The position numbers and the translations under genes are program-made. Source: Bacteriovoracaceae bacterium (lineage in GTDB: Bacteria; Bdellovibrionota; Bacteriovoracia; Bacteriovoracales; Bacteriovoracaceae). Taken from it: a stretch of DNA of 64,000 nt. The DNA lies in NCBI GenBank assembly GCA_048264885.1, contig JBLXCO010000002.1, forward strand, positions 485,040 to 549,039, in the 5' to 3' direction. Below are positions 7,555-17,785 of this stretch, piece after piece. The notes beneath the pieces were generated by a model. The model did no database searches. It had not been told where the DNA came from and saw only the letters and a program-made list of their open reading frames with translations. Position 1 is the stretch's first letter, and the number at the start of each line of letters is the position of its first letter.

Positions 7555-10018
7555 AGAATTCAGTTCTAAAGCGGTAATCACTGAGTGCTCCCCACTTGGA
7601 GTCTTTACCAAGTGCTAAGGAGAGAGTGACCCAATCATCTTCTAGCTCAAACATGGCCGGGGCCAACTCACCAGCGACTCCACTATCAGAATCACGTTTG
7701 ACAACAATAGTGTTGGCGCCCTTTTTAAGCTCTCCAAATTGATTAGCGACAATAAACTTGGCCAGTTCCTTGTAAGGCTTCCAATTTGAAGTGCGCGCCA
7801 AGCTTACGTAGAGATAAGTTGGGACGTCTGGGAGTTCGAATGTGATCGCAAAGGTATCTTCATCGAGGCGCTCAACTTTAAGTTCCTTAACCTGGTAGTT
7901 TTGATCAACGAGATCTCTACCAGAGACACTATCAAAATTGATTTCATCGTCGATGGCCTCATAGCGTGCGTCCAATTGATCCAGCTCTGTGCCTGAACGC
8001 GAGAGGTGTCCAAAGAGTCTTGAGGCATTACCGGCCAGGTAGTAACTAACTGGCTCATCTTCAAGTACCACGCGTAGCACACGAGCGAGCTCGTAGCTAA
8101 AGTAGTGACTTGTAAAGAGGGTGGTTAACTTTTCAACAAGTTCACTCTCTCTATTTTTAGAAAAATAGAGCTCTTGCAACTCAAGCCAGTCGCTTCTAAA
8201 AGATTTAGCGCGAATGAGCTTTGATCCCGTTTTGATGTGAAGATCTAAGAGTCCCAGAGGGAGGTTGGTTGCCAAAAGAGGTGATCTGGTGGTGCCATAC
8301 CAGGCACGTCTCCAAAAGCTTGACCATTTGCCCTCTTCAACGCCAAAGGCGCGCTCGAGTGTGCTCCACATCTTCTCTTTTGGAGTCGAAATAAAACGCT
8401 CGACTTGCTTTCTAGTTAGACCAAGACGGAAGTAGAAAGAAGTTCCTTTGTAGCGGGCCACGTGCTTTTGATTGCAGTCTTCATTGGAGATTTTATTACA
8501 CGGACGATATTTGGGTGGACGGGGAAAGAACTGGGGTTGACCTGCGAGCGTTTCCATCTCCTCCATATATTTATAGAGTTCAGTCGCGCGAGTGCGAGAG
8601 TCTTCGATCTTGCCCTCTAGTCTTAGTACGAGACCTTGGTCCCCTGTTCGGTAGAGGTCTTCATCTAGGGTTGCCTTAAAAGTGTAGCTCTTAACTTCTT
8701 TATGGCCCAAAATGGTGTCGCGCACGCGAACATTACTTGAAATGGCGCGATGAAGTTTGATTTGCTCTCCGTTTTGAAGTGTCACGTGAGCAATCAGTGT
8801 GCTCTCACTCACTGTGTGTGAGCGCTCAGCAAGAAAAGAGAGGATCATGCGGTGATTTCTAGCTGTGGTGTGACCTACTTGATTGCGAGTCACAACTTTT
8901 TCAACACCCATGCCTTCATGTGAGAGCTCATCACTCTTAGCAAAACGACCAAAAACGGCCTGATTAAAAGCTTTCTCACCCTCAATCGTTGAAAGATCAT
9001 AGCGGTAGGTGACATCAAAAGTTTCAAAGTCAGAGTCGAGCATATTAAAACTAAAAGGAATGACGTCGGCATCAATTTCACCAATGCGCGCCCCTAATAC
9101 CACCACACCTTCAAACAGCACATGCTTACCCCGACTTGCACCGATGCTAGCACTATTGCCATGAGAGCGAGTGCGAGTGAGCTTGATTAAGGCCTGATCC
9201 TCTGACTCTCTCATCACGCTGATGCGGTGAGAGCCATCGAGAAAAGTGGATAGACCAACCCCAGGTGTGACGTTGTCAACACCAGGAATCTTAATGGCAC
9301 TCCAACCAACACTCGCGCCAAGTTCAACGCGCCCTCTGAGCGTGTAGCTCATAATTTCGCCGATACTGAGGTCATGCTTGAGTTTCGTTGCACTCAAGGG
9401 CAGCTTCAGGGGGCCAGTGAAGAGATTCCAAAATTTATAATATCTGGCCCTGGTCAGTGGGTTATCACTATTCCAAGGCAGAATCTCACCGATGGGGCCA
9501 AGAAGACTATCTCCGTTGTCATCGCGACTATTTATTCGCGCCACTTCATCTTTGAGATCCAGTGTGAGCTTGGTGGTCTCTTCCAGTGTCTCCAGTCCTT
9601 TTGGGAGCACTTGGCGTATATTCATGAGCTCGGGGCTGAGGGTGAGGCCCAATTGAAATTGCAACGACGAAGCACCAACACTGATGGCGTCCCCAAGTGG
9701 AACTGGCCAACTGATAGGAACTTTCATGAAGTCAATGACAGTGTAGGAGTTTAGCAGATCGTAGTTTTTATAGACCTTTCGCTCTACTCCTAGTTCTACT
9801 TCTACTGGTCCCAGACTCGTCTCGATCAAGGAGAGATCACTTAGACTCTCAAAAAGAGAGGAGTGTAATTCAGCTCCGGCCTGATCCCATTCATTACCTG
9901 CGCGCTCGCGCAGACGATCGTAGAGGTCAGTTGGCCAGTCAATAGGTGTATTAGCTGCGTGGGCAATACTTAAAAAAGCGAGGCCGAGCGCCGCGCCCAT
10001 CTTTATAAAACGAATCAT
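7553..10018 (-). CDS. Large secreted hypothetical protein (about 821 aa)
   Basis: Signal peptide 'MIRFIKMGAALGLAFLSIAHA' and a long uninterrupted ORF ending '...YRFRTEF'. No family recognised. Confidence 0.7.
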   Translation of the reverse strand: MIRFIKMGAALGLAFLSIAHAANTPIDWPTDLYDRLRERAGNEWDQAGAELHSSLFESLSDLSLIETSLGPVEVELGVERKVYKNYDLLNSYTVIDFMKVPISWPVPLGDAISVGASSLQFQLGLTLSPELMNIRQVLPKGLETLEETTKLTLDLKDEVARINSRDDNGDSLLGPIGEILPWNSDNPLTRARYYKFWNLFTGPLKLPLSATKLKHDLSIGEIMSYTLRGRVELGASVGWSAIKIPGVDNVTPGVGLSTFLDGSHRISVMRESEDQALIKLTRTRSHGNSASIGASRGKHVLFEGVVVLGARIGEIDADVIPFSFNMLDSDFETFDVTYRYDLSTIEGEKAFNQAVFGRFAKSDELSHEGMGVEKVVTRNQVGHTTARNHRMILSFLAERSHTVSESTLIAHVTLQNGEQIKLHRAISSNVRVRDTILGHKEVKSYTFKATLDEDLYRTGDQGLVLRLEGKIEDSRTRATELYKYMEEMETLAGQPQFFPRPPKYRPCNKISNEDCNQKHVARYKGTSFYFRLGLTRKQVERFISTPKEKMWSTLERAFGVEEGKWSSFWRRAWYGTTRSPLLATNLPLGLLDLHIKTGSKLIRAKSFRSDWLELQELYFSKNRESELVEKLTTLFTSHYFSYELARVLRVVLEDEPVSYYLAGNASRLFGHLSRSGTELDQLDARYEAIDDEINFDSVSGRDLVDQNYQVKELKVERLDEDTFAITFELPDVPTYLYVSLARTSNWKPYKELAKFIVANQFGELKKGANTIVVKRDSDSGVAGELAPAMFELEDDWVTLSLALGKDSKWGALSDYRFRTEF

Positions 10019-10227
10019 TTGAATCACCCCCAAGTGGATCAAGATTTCGCGAGTTTACCAATTGAGAGCATTTACCGTTAATAAAGAAGAATATCCAGAT
10101 AATAATTACACGCTCTATTAGGCCAAACTAATAAAAAACATTAGATATTCTTGGGAAAATGCTGGCCAATTGAGTGAAAATTCGAGATTGTTATCGCCTC
10201 AATCTCATCTTTTATTTGGAGCTACTC

Positions 10228-11712
10228 ATGTGTGGTGTCATCGGCATTATTGCCAGTGGCGAAAGTGGGCAAGCCGGTACTGCAAGTACGGCCTATGAAA
10301 CTTATCGCGGTCTACTCACCCTCCAACATCGTGGCCAAGATGCGGCCGGAATTCTCTCCTATGACTTTGAGGCCAATAAATTTTCAAGTGAAAAAGATTT
10401 GGGTCTCGTCGCCAGTGTTTTTAACGAAAAAAATTTAGAGAACCTACGCGGTCGCATGGCCATCGGCCACACTCGTTATGCAACCACCGGCAGTGACTCT
10501 AAAGTAGATTTGCAACCTTTGGTTACGGGCTACCCCTTTGGTGTAGGAATGGTTCACAACGGAAATCTCGTGAACTACCACGAGCTCGCCAGGAAGCTCA
10601 CGGGTGAGATGGGAATGCAGCTACTCACCAACAATGATCTGGAAATTTTTCTTAGCTACTTCTGTCGCTATGCTGGTAATCCAACAGCTGGGGCCATGAA
10701 GTTTGACTATCAACTTGGCCTTAATGCCGCTAAGAAAATTGTCGCAGAAGCTACTGGCGCTTACGCCCTGGTAGGACTACTCGCCGGTGAGGGGCTCTTT
10801 GGCCTGCGCGACCCGGGTGGAATTCGCCCGCTGGTACTCGGCAAAAAAGAGCGGGGACCTGGCAATATCTCTTACTGCTTAGTGAGTGAGAGTGTTACGC
10901 TCAATTTTCTGGGCTTTGAGTTTGTCAGAGATGTGGAGCCGGGTGAATTTATTTTTATTGATAAAGATGGTGTGATTCATTCTGAGCTTTGCACTCAAAA
11001 GAAAGAAGAGACGCAAAAGTCTCCTTGTATGTTTGAGTGGATCTATTTCTCTGGTGCAGAATCTAAGTTTGAAGGAAAGAACGTCTACACAACTAGGCTT
11101 GGACTTGGAAAGGTTCTCGCTCGTCGTATTCAGGCCCTTATTGATGCCGGTGAAATTGATCCCGAGATTGTCTGTCCAGTTCCAGATACCTCCCGCACGG
11201 CCAGTATTTCTCTGGCCGAAGACTTAGGTCTTCCTTACCGCGAGGCCCTGATCAAAAATCGCTACATTCAGCGCAGTTTTATTCTCAACACTCAAGAGGC
11301 GCGTGAGCGCGCTGTGGAGTTGAAACTCTCACCGGTGCGCTCGGAGATTGAGGGCAAGAAGATCTTACTAGTTGATGACTCGATTGTGCGTGGAACGACT
11401 TCAAAAAAGATAATTGATCTCTTAAAGCGCTATGGGGCCAGTGATGTGACACTTGCTGTGACGTGTCCACCACTACGCTATGCGTGTTACTACGGGATCG
11501 ACTTCCCTTCACCACGCGAGCTCATTGCAGGTGGGCGCAATGAAGAGGAGATAGCTCGCTTCATTGGCGCCAATCGCGTGATATTTCTCGAACAGAGTGA
11601 CCTTTACGAGGCCATTGGGCTACCATCCCTATGTATGGCCTGCTTGAGCGGCAAGTATCCAACGGATGTGAGTGCGGGGGAAGAATTTGCCAAACACCGT
11701 CGTGGCAATTAG
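10228..11712 (+). CDS. purF: Amidophosphoribosyltransferase
   Basis: N-terminal 'MCGVIGI' (Ntn Cys), PRPP loop 'ILLVDDSIVRGTT' and C-terminal Cys cluster 'CMAC'. ATG at 10228, preceded by TTGGAG. Confidence 0.95.
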   Translation: MCGVIGIIASGESGQAGTASTAYETYRGLLTLQHRGQDAAGILSYDFEANKFSSEKDLGLVASVFNEKNLENLRGRMAIGHTRYATTGSDSKVDLQPLVTGYPFGVGMVHNGNLVNYHELARKLTGEMGMQLLTNNDLEIFLSYFCRYAGNPTAGAMKFDYQLGLNAAKKIVAEATGAYALVGLLAGEGLFGLRDPGGIRPLVLGKKERGPGNISYCLVSESVTLNFLGFEFVRDVEPGEFIFIDKDGVIHSELCTQKKEETQKSPCMFEWIYFSGAESKFEGKNVYTTRLGLGKVLARRIQALIDAGEIDPEIVCPVPDTSRTASISLAEDLGLPYREALIKNRYIQRSFILNTQEARERAVELKLSPVRSEIEGKKILLVDDSIVRGTTSKKIIDLLKRYGASDVTLAVTCPPLRYACYYGIDFPSPRELIAGGRNEEEIARFIGANRVIFLEQSDLYEAIGLPSLCMACLSGKYPTDVSAGEEFAKHRRGN

Positions 11713-11730
11713 GGCCAGCAAGGAGAGTTT

Positions 11731-12888
11731 ATGAGCACGGACGTAATTTATAAGGGCTCGGTTAAGGATATACTCGCTCCCTCGGATTCGCCTGATCATC
11801 TTCTATTTCATTTTTCAGATCGCTATAGCATTTTTGATTGGGGAGAAATGCCCGATCTCTTAGCTGGCAAGGGCGAAGCACTTGCGGTTATGGCCTTAAT
11901 GCTCTATCGAACTCTCGGCAACTCTCTTACCTGGAAACATTGGAATTTGCCCGAACATATGCGTGAGTCTTTTAATATGATCTCGATGTTTGAAAATTTT
12001 AAGCACATCGGGGTTCCCCATCACTTGGAGGGCTTTAGTGATCCACAAGGGAAAATTCTCAATATGGGGGAGAGTTCAAATTATTTAAAAGTTAAAAAAG
12101 TTCATGTTGAAAGGCCTACCTTTAAAAATGGCAAGTATGATTACTCCGCTTATAAAAAGTCTTTTACGAAAACGTTAGTGCCGCTTGAAATCGTCTTTCG
12201 CTTCGGTGCCCCCGAGGGCTCATCTTTAATTAAAAGAGCAAAGGATGAGAAGTATCGCAACGAGGTAGGCCTAAAGAGCATCCCTAAGCCGGGCACTAAG
12301 TTTGAGCGACCTATCATTGAGTTTTTTACAAAACTAGAAACGACTGATCGCTATTTGAGTTATCAATCGGCGCGCGAAGTGGCCGGTCTCTCTACCGGAG
12401 AGCTTGAGCGTTTGATTAGCTTTACCACCTTAATTGCTTATCGCTTAAAAGATTACTTTTATGATGTTGGGCTTAATCTTTGGGATGGTAAAATTGAAGT
12501 CGCCTTTGAAGATAAACACGAATCTGGTCGACACTTCATGCTGGTTGATTCTATCGGTCCAGACGAACTCAGAATTGATTTTGAAGGCGTTGCCATGTCG
12601 AAAGAATTGTTGCGCTCATTTTACCGTCACAGTTCATGGTATGAGGCCGTGGAAGCGGCCAAGGCCACTGCTAAGTCTCGTGGGGAGAGAAACTGGAAGT
12701 CACTACTAAGTGATCATGAGCGTCCAGCTCCTTTGACAGATAGTCAAAAAAGATTGGCCTGCGCTCTCTATCCCAGTCTTGCCGTTGCGCTTAAGTCGGC
12801 GCTCAAAATGGATATTAACTATCATCCCAAAGAGGCGCTTAAACTCTCAGAGCTTGCTCAAAAGATGAATGAGGTAATCGATGTCTAA
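11731..12888 (+). CDS. purC: Phosphoribosylaminoimidazole-succinocarboxamide synthase (long form)
   Basis: 'YKGSVKDIL' and 'FSDRYSIFDWGEMPD', and its position in the pur operon. Confidence 0.85.
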   Translation: MSTDVIYKGSVKDILAPSDSPDHLLFHFSDRYSIFDWGEMPDLLAGKGEALAVMALMLYRTLGNSLTWKHWNLPEHMRESFNMISMFENFKHIGVPHHLEGFSDPQGKILNMGESSNYLKVKKVHVERPTFKNGKYDYSAYKKSFTKTLVPLEIVFRFGAPEGSSLIKRAKDEKYRNEVGLKSIPKPGTKFERPIIEFFTKLETTDRYLSYQSAREVAGLSTGELERLISFTTLIAYRLKDYFYDVGLNLWDGKIEVAFEDKHESGRHFMLVDSIGPDELRIDFEGVAMSKELLRSFYRHSSWYEAVEAAKATAKSRGERNWKSLLSDHERPAPLTDSQKRLACALYPSLAVALKSALKMDINYHPKEALKLSELAQKMNEVIDV

Positions 12889-14155
12889 GGTCGTTGTTTT
12901 AGGTTCGGGCGGTCGCGAGCATGCAATTGCCTTAAAGTTACTCGAGTCGCCGTCAGTGAGTGAAGTGAGTGTGATTCCTGGAAATGCGGGAATGGAACTC
13001 AGCTCTAAGATCAACGTGATTAACCTAAAAACTTTAGATGAAGTCGCTGAGAAACTCAAAGATATTGACCCTTCACTGGTTGTCATTGGCCCTGAGATAC
13101 TTATTGAAGCTGGTTGGAGCGACCGACTGCGCTTAGAAGGACACAGGGTCTTTGGCCCCAGTCAGAAAGCGGGCATGCTTGAGAGTTCAAAAATTTTTGC
13201 CAAAGAATTTATGAATTCTCACAATATACCCACTGCTAAGTCGGTGAGCGTTCGAAGTTATGATGAAGCGATTGCAGCACTTGAGTCTTGGGGAAGTGAT
13301 TTGCCTCCAGTTATTAAGTGCGACGCCCTGGCCGGTGGTAAGGGAGTGGTGGTGGCCGAAACTTTGGCGCAGGCCCGAGAGGCCATTTTTAACTTCACGA
13401 AGAATGAATCCTTTGGCGTGCACTCTCAGGGACTGGTCTTAGAAGAGCGCCTTCATGGCCGTGAGATGTCGTTATTTGTTTTATGTGATGGCAAGAACTA
13501 TCAAGTTCTCTCTTACGCCTGTGATTATAAACGCCTGTGCGATGGACACAAAGGACCAAATACTGGCGGCATGGGCTGTGTGACTCCGTTGGACTTCCCT
13601 ACAAACGCAGCATGGGACTATATCAACCGCGAGATCGTGCAAAAAAGTATGCAAGGACTGATCGCTGATGATCTGCACTTTCAAGGTGTGCTCTTTATTG
13701 GCCTGATGGTCACTTCAAGTGAGGCCCAGGTGATTGAGTACAACGTGCGCTTTGGTGATCCTGAGACTCAATTGATGCTACCAACTCTAGACGTTGACCT
13801 CTATGAGCTCCTTTTAAAATGCGCCTGTGGCGAACTTACTCGCAGCTCTGTTAACCCGCTACCGACAAAAGGCGCCGGAGTTCACGTGGTGATGGTCTCA
13901 CAAGGCTATCCTGATCTGGAAGGTAAGGGGATGAAACTAGGGCATGAAGTTAAAATTGAAGGTGAGCTTGATGGAATTCTAACCTATGCAGGTGTGAAGA
14001 AAAATGAACAAGGTCAACTCGTCAATTCTTCTGGACGAGTGCTTGGGCTCACAGTTATAGGGAGTGACCCATTGCAAGCGCGAGAGAAGGCCTACCGTGA
14101 ACTTCAAAAAATTAAATTTGAAGGAGCTCACGCAAGGAGTGATATTGGACTCTAA
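12881..14155 (+). CDS. purD: Phosphoribosylamine-glycine ligase
   Basis: 'VVLGSGGREHA', ATP-grasp 'LAGGKGVVVA' and 'VIEYNVRFGDPE'. Overlaps purC by 8 nt. Confidence 0.95.
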   Translation: MSKVVVLGSGGREHAIALKLLESPSVSEVSVIPGNAGMELSSKINVINLKTLDEVAEKLKDIDPSLVVIGPEILIEAGWSDRLRLEGHRVFGPSQKAGMLESSKIFAKEFMNSHNIPTAKSVSVRSYDEAIAALESWGSDLPPVIKCDALAGGKGVVVAETLAQAREAIFNFTKNESFGVHSQGLVLEERLHGREMSLFVLCDGKNYQVLSYACDYKRLCDGHKGPNTGGMGCVTPLDFPTNAAWDYINREIVQKSMQGLIADDLHFQGVLFIGLMVTSSEAQVIEYNVRFGDPETQLMLPTLDVDLYELLLKCACGELTRSSVNPLPTKGAGVHVVMVSQGYPDLEGKGMKLGHEVKIEGELDGILTYAGVKKNEQGQLVNSSGRVLGLTVIGSDPLQAREKAYRELQKIKFEGAHARSDIGL

Positions 14156-14768
14156 CTCAAGTGCTCGTATTGCTCTCTTTGCTTCTGGTCATGGCACGAA
14201 TGCCCTGGCGCTTTTGCATCACGACCGTGAAGTATCTCGTTCAAATGCTATCAAGTTGCTTATCTGCGATAAAGAAAAAGCCCCTATTCTGGAGCATGCG
14301 CGCACTTATCAACTTCCAGTGATGTTGATTCCAAAAGAGCAAGGGGAATCGCGCGAGTCTCATGAAAAAAAAATACTCATGGCCTTGGGCCCATATGATA
14401 TCAATTGGCTCTTCTTAGCGGGGTATCTCAGAATTTTATCAGCTCAGTTTATTCAAAGATTTTTTGACCCACAATTGAGCAACGCCCGCATTCTTAATAT
14501 TCACCCCAGCCTGCTGCCGGCCTATCCCGGTCTTAATTCCTATGAGCGTGCTTTTGAGGATGGTATTTCTGAATCTGGAGTGACTGTGCACTTTGTGAGC
14601 GAAGAGGTGGACGCCGGTAGTATCATCGCACAAAGAAGCTTTCCACGCCTTAGTGGGGACACACTCTTGGACTTTATCTCTCGAGGTAAGGCCCTTGAGC
14701 ACCAACTCTATACTCAAGTTTTTGAAATGGTCTTAAGTAATCGCATTCTATCCCAGGAGAAGATATGA
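14145..14768 (+). CDS. purN: Phosphoribosylglycinamide formyltransferase
   Basis: 'IALFASGHGTNALAL' and the signature 'NIHPSLLPAYPG'. The start is uncertain: TTG 14145 (AGGAG 6 nt upstream) or GTG 14139. The track ORF extends to 14064, inside purD. Confidence 0.85.
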   Translation: MDSNSSARIALFASGHGTNALALLHHDREVSRSNAIKLLICDKEKAPILEHARTYQLPVMLIPKEQGESRESHEKKILMALGPYDINWLFLAGYLRILSAQFIQRFFDPQLSNARILNIHPSLLPAYPGLNSYERAFEDGISESGVTVHFVSEEVDAGSIIAQRSFPRLSGDTLLDFISRGKALEHQLYTQVFEMVLSNRILSQEKI

Positions 14769-17700
14769 GCGTAGCTCGTCTTGAAGTGAGAGATCGCTAT
14801 CCCACCAAAAAAGCTGAGAGAATTGCTCTTAAAGCCCAGAAAATGGGGCTTAGCACTCTAGATTATGTGCAAATCGCTGACGCTTATAAAGTGAAGTCAG
14901 ATGCTGGTCTTGATTCATCGATGACTGAACTCTTTATTGATCCCATTTTACAAGAGGGTCTGCTGGGTGCCGGTGAGTTTGAGTTTGATAGACCCATCTC
15001 CTATGTTGCCGAAGTTTTCTTTCGCCCTGGAGTCACTGATAATAGCGCCCATAGTGCTGAGGAGGCCCTTAGTTGTGCAGGTCTGAAGGCGCGAGTTGCA
15101 CGAGGGAAGATCTACTTTTTCGGCGGCGATAATCTCGATCAAAATCTTTTAAATACTTTCTGCCACGGAGGTCTTGCCAATCCTTTAATTGAACAGGTGA
15201 GTCTTTACCCCTTCGAGCAGTGGCAACGCGATCACTGGAAATTTCTGGACTTTCCTGAAGTAGATATTCACCACAATAGTGATTACTCAGTTATTAATCT
15301 CAATTTGAGTGATGATGAATTGCTCTCTTTGAGTAATGAGCGCTGCTTGGCGCTGACTCTCAATGAACTTCACTTTGTGCGCGATCACTTTAATGACGAG
15401 CAGGTTATTAAAAGCAGAGAGCGTGCAGGTCTTCCCGCACAGCCTACGGATGTTGAGCTTGAAGTGATTGCGCAGTCTTGGAGTGAGCACTGTAAACATA
15501 AAATTTTTGCTGCGGCCATTGATTATCAAGAGGGAGAGCTTCCAAGTGGAATGAAGCGAATTGGAAGTCAGAAAATAGATTCTCTTTTTAAATCAAAAAT
15601 TAGAAAGGCCACTCAAGACGTTAAAGAAAAATTTCAAATCCCTTGGCTCGTTTCCGTTTTTAGTGACAACGCGGGTATTGTTCGCTTTGATCCTGAGCTT
15701 GATTTGTGTATCAAGGTGGAAACCCACAATTCTCCTTCAGCGCTAGATCCCTACGGTGGGGCGCTCACTGGGATCTTGGGGGTTAACCGCGATATTCTGG
15801 GTTGTGGCTATGGCGCTCGCCCTGTGGCGAATATGGATGTCTTCTGCTTTGCTTCTCCCGACTATCCCCTTAAAGGCGAAGAATCCTATATGCCCGCCGA
15901 TTTGCTCACTCCGGCCCAACTTCTTGAAGGCGTGCACCAGGGAGTTGAGGATGGAGGCAATAAGTCTGGTATTCCCACCATCAATGGTGCCATTCATTTT
16001 GATCAAGACTATGCTGGAAAACCATTAGTTTTTGTTGGCACTGTGGGGGCGATGCCTCATCAGCTCACAAGTGGCACACCTACCTCTCAAAAGAACGCCG
16101 CCCCGGGGGATCGCATTTATATGGTGGGCGGTGCTATTGGGGCAGACGGCATTCATGGCGCTACCTTTTCTTCACTCGAACTCAACGAGAATTCTCCCAG
16201 TACTGCCGTGCAAATTGGTGATCCGCTCACTCAAAAACGCGTGATGGATTTTTTATTAGAGGCCAGAGACTTGGAACTCTTTAGCTGTGTCACCGACAAC
16301 GGTGCCGGTGGTCTCTCTTCAAGTATAGGAGAGATGGCAACGTTAACAAATGGCGCGAAGCTTGACCTCGCCTTGGCCCCCACTAAGTATCAGGGACTCG
16401 CTCCTTGGGAATTGATGATTAGTGAGTCTCAAGAGCGTATGACTTTTGCGGTGCCATCTCGCCATGCAAGTGCCTTTGAAGAGCTGGCCCGTAGGCGAGG
16501 AGTCAGTGCTACTGATCTCGGTGAATTTACAAATTCTGGAGACCTCGAAGTTTTCTATCATCAAAAACTAGTTGGGTGCCTAAACCTTCATTGGCTTCAC
16601 GAGGCACTACCTCAAATGAAACTTGAAGCCCGTTATAATGGACCTCGAGCTCGCACCAGCTGGAGACCTGAGAGTAAGGCGCTAGTGCCTAGTGACTTTA
16701 AAGACTCCTTACTAAGCTTGCTCTCTTCTCCCAATATTGCTTCAAAAGAAGGACTTATAAGGCGCTATGACCACGAAGTGGGAGCGGCCACTGCACTCAA
16801 GCCCCTTGGTGGTGTTCACTCCCATGGTCCTAATGATAGTGGGGCGCTTTGGTTAGGAGCACTTGGTGGAAGTCCAGATGGGGCCATTAGTGTAGGCTGT
16901 GGCCTCTCTCCGAAGTACTCCCTAGTTGATCCCTACCTCATGGCCCTTCGTAGTGTGGATGAATGTGTTCGGGGCATGGTGGGAAGTGGTGGTGACATTA
17001 AGAGAATGTGCCTGCTCGATAATTTCTGTTGGCCAGACCCAGTGAAGTCAGCAAAGAACCCTGATGGCGATATCAAATTGGGTGAACTGGTTCGCACCTG
17101 TGCAGGCCTCTATGATATTTGTCTCTCTTATGGTCTGCCACTGGTCTCTGGTAAAGACAGTATGAAAAATGATTATCGCGGTAAAAATAAAGCAGGTGAA
17201 ACTAAGGTCATCTCTATTTTACCAACTTTATTGGTCACCGGCATGAGCTACGCTCCGATGGCTCACTTGTGTGACACCTCCTTTAAAAACGTGGGGGATG
17301 TGATCTATCTCTTAGGTCATCGCCCCAGCGACGGACTTACCTTGGCGGCCACAGAGTTCTCTTCTCTCTACAAAGTAGAAGATGAACAGACGAATCAATT
17401 TTATCAAGTCGATCTCGAACTGCTGCGAAAGCGCTATGAAAAAATTTATCACGCTCACTCCTTGAGTTTGATTCATTCTTGTCACGACATAAGTGAAGGA
17501 GGAATGGCCGTGGCCCTTGCTGAGTCTATGATCGGACCAGAGTTAGGCGTACTCTTAAATGATAAGACCGAGGCCCTCACCGACCAGCTGTTTTGGTTTG
17601 GAGAATCTATGGGCTCTTTTGTCATGAGTGTGTCCCCGCAAAGAGCACCGGAATTTGAAGAGCTCTTTGGTGATGAATGTAAAAAAATTGGCACCGTCAG

Positions 17701-17785
17701 CTCTCAGTTTTCACTTGAGAAAGCGGGGGAATTTGCCCTGGCCGGCACTGAACTTAAGAGTGCCTTCTTATCGAGGTGGTCATGA
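14765..17785 (+). CDS. purL: FGAM synthase subunit PurL with an N-terminal PurS-like extension
   Basis: 'SWSEHCKHKIF', 'VETHNSPSALDPYGGA' and 'SGKDSMKN'. The protein is 1006 aa and a separate purQ follows. The N-terminal ~230 aa contain 'FFRPGVTDNSAHSAEEAL', which looks PurS-like. ATGA overlap with purN. Confidence 0.9.
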   Translation: MSVARLEVRDRYPTKKAERIALKAQKMGLSTLDYVQIADAYKVKSDAGLDSSMTELFIDPILQEGLLGAGEFEFDRPISYVAEVFFRPGVTDNSAHSAEEALSCAGLKARVARGKIYFFGGDNLDQNLLNTFCHGGLANPLIEQVSLYPFEQWQRDHWKFLDFPEVDIHHNSDYSVINLNLSDDELLSLSNERCLALTLNELHFVRDHFNDEQVIKSRERAGLPAQPTDVELEVIAQSWSEHCKHKIFAAAIDYQEGELPSGMKRIGSQKIDSLFKSKIRKATQDVKEKFQIPWLVSVFSDNAGIVRFDPELDLCIKVETHNSPSALDPYGGALTGILGVNRDILGCGYGARPVANMDVFCFASPDYPLKGEESYMPADLLTPAQLLEGVHQGVEDGGNKSGIPTINGAIHFDQDYAGKPLVFVGTVGAMPHQLTSGTPTSQKNAAPGDRIYMVGGAIGADGIHGATFSSLELNENSPSTAVQIGDPLTQKRVMDFLLEARDLELFSCVTDNGAGGLSSSIGEMATLTNGAKLDLALAPTKYQGLAPWELMISESQERMTFAVPSRHASAFEELARRRGVSATDLGEFTNSGDLEVFYHQKLVGCLNLHWLHEALPQMKLEARYNGPRARTSWRPESKALVPSDFKDSLLSLLSSPNIASKEGLIRRYDHEVGAATALKPLGGVHSHGPNDSGALWLGALGGSPDGAISVGCGLSPKYSLVDPYLMALRSVDECVRGMVGSGGDIKRMCLLDNFCWPDPVKSAKNPDGDIKLGELVRTCAGLYDICLSYGLPLVSGKDSMKNDYRGKNKAGETKVISILPTLLVTGMSYAPMAHLCDTSFKNVGDVIYLLGHRPSDGLTLAATEFSSLYKVEDEQTNQFYQVDLELLRKRYEKIYHAHSLSLIHSCHDISEGGMAVALAESMIGPELGVLLNDKTEALTDQLFWFGESMGSFVMSVSPQRAPEFEELFGDECKKIGTVSSQFSLEKAGEFALAGTELKSAFLSRWS

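Noticed and set aside
10019-10227. Looked for a purine, ZTP or PRPP riboswitch upstream of purF
   Set aside because: I could not find the conserved cores of these aptamers by eye, and the region is AT-rich without convincing nested helices. An Infernal/Rfam scan would be decisive.
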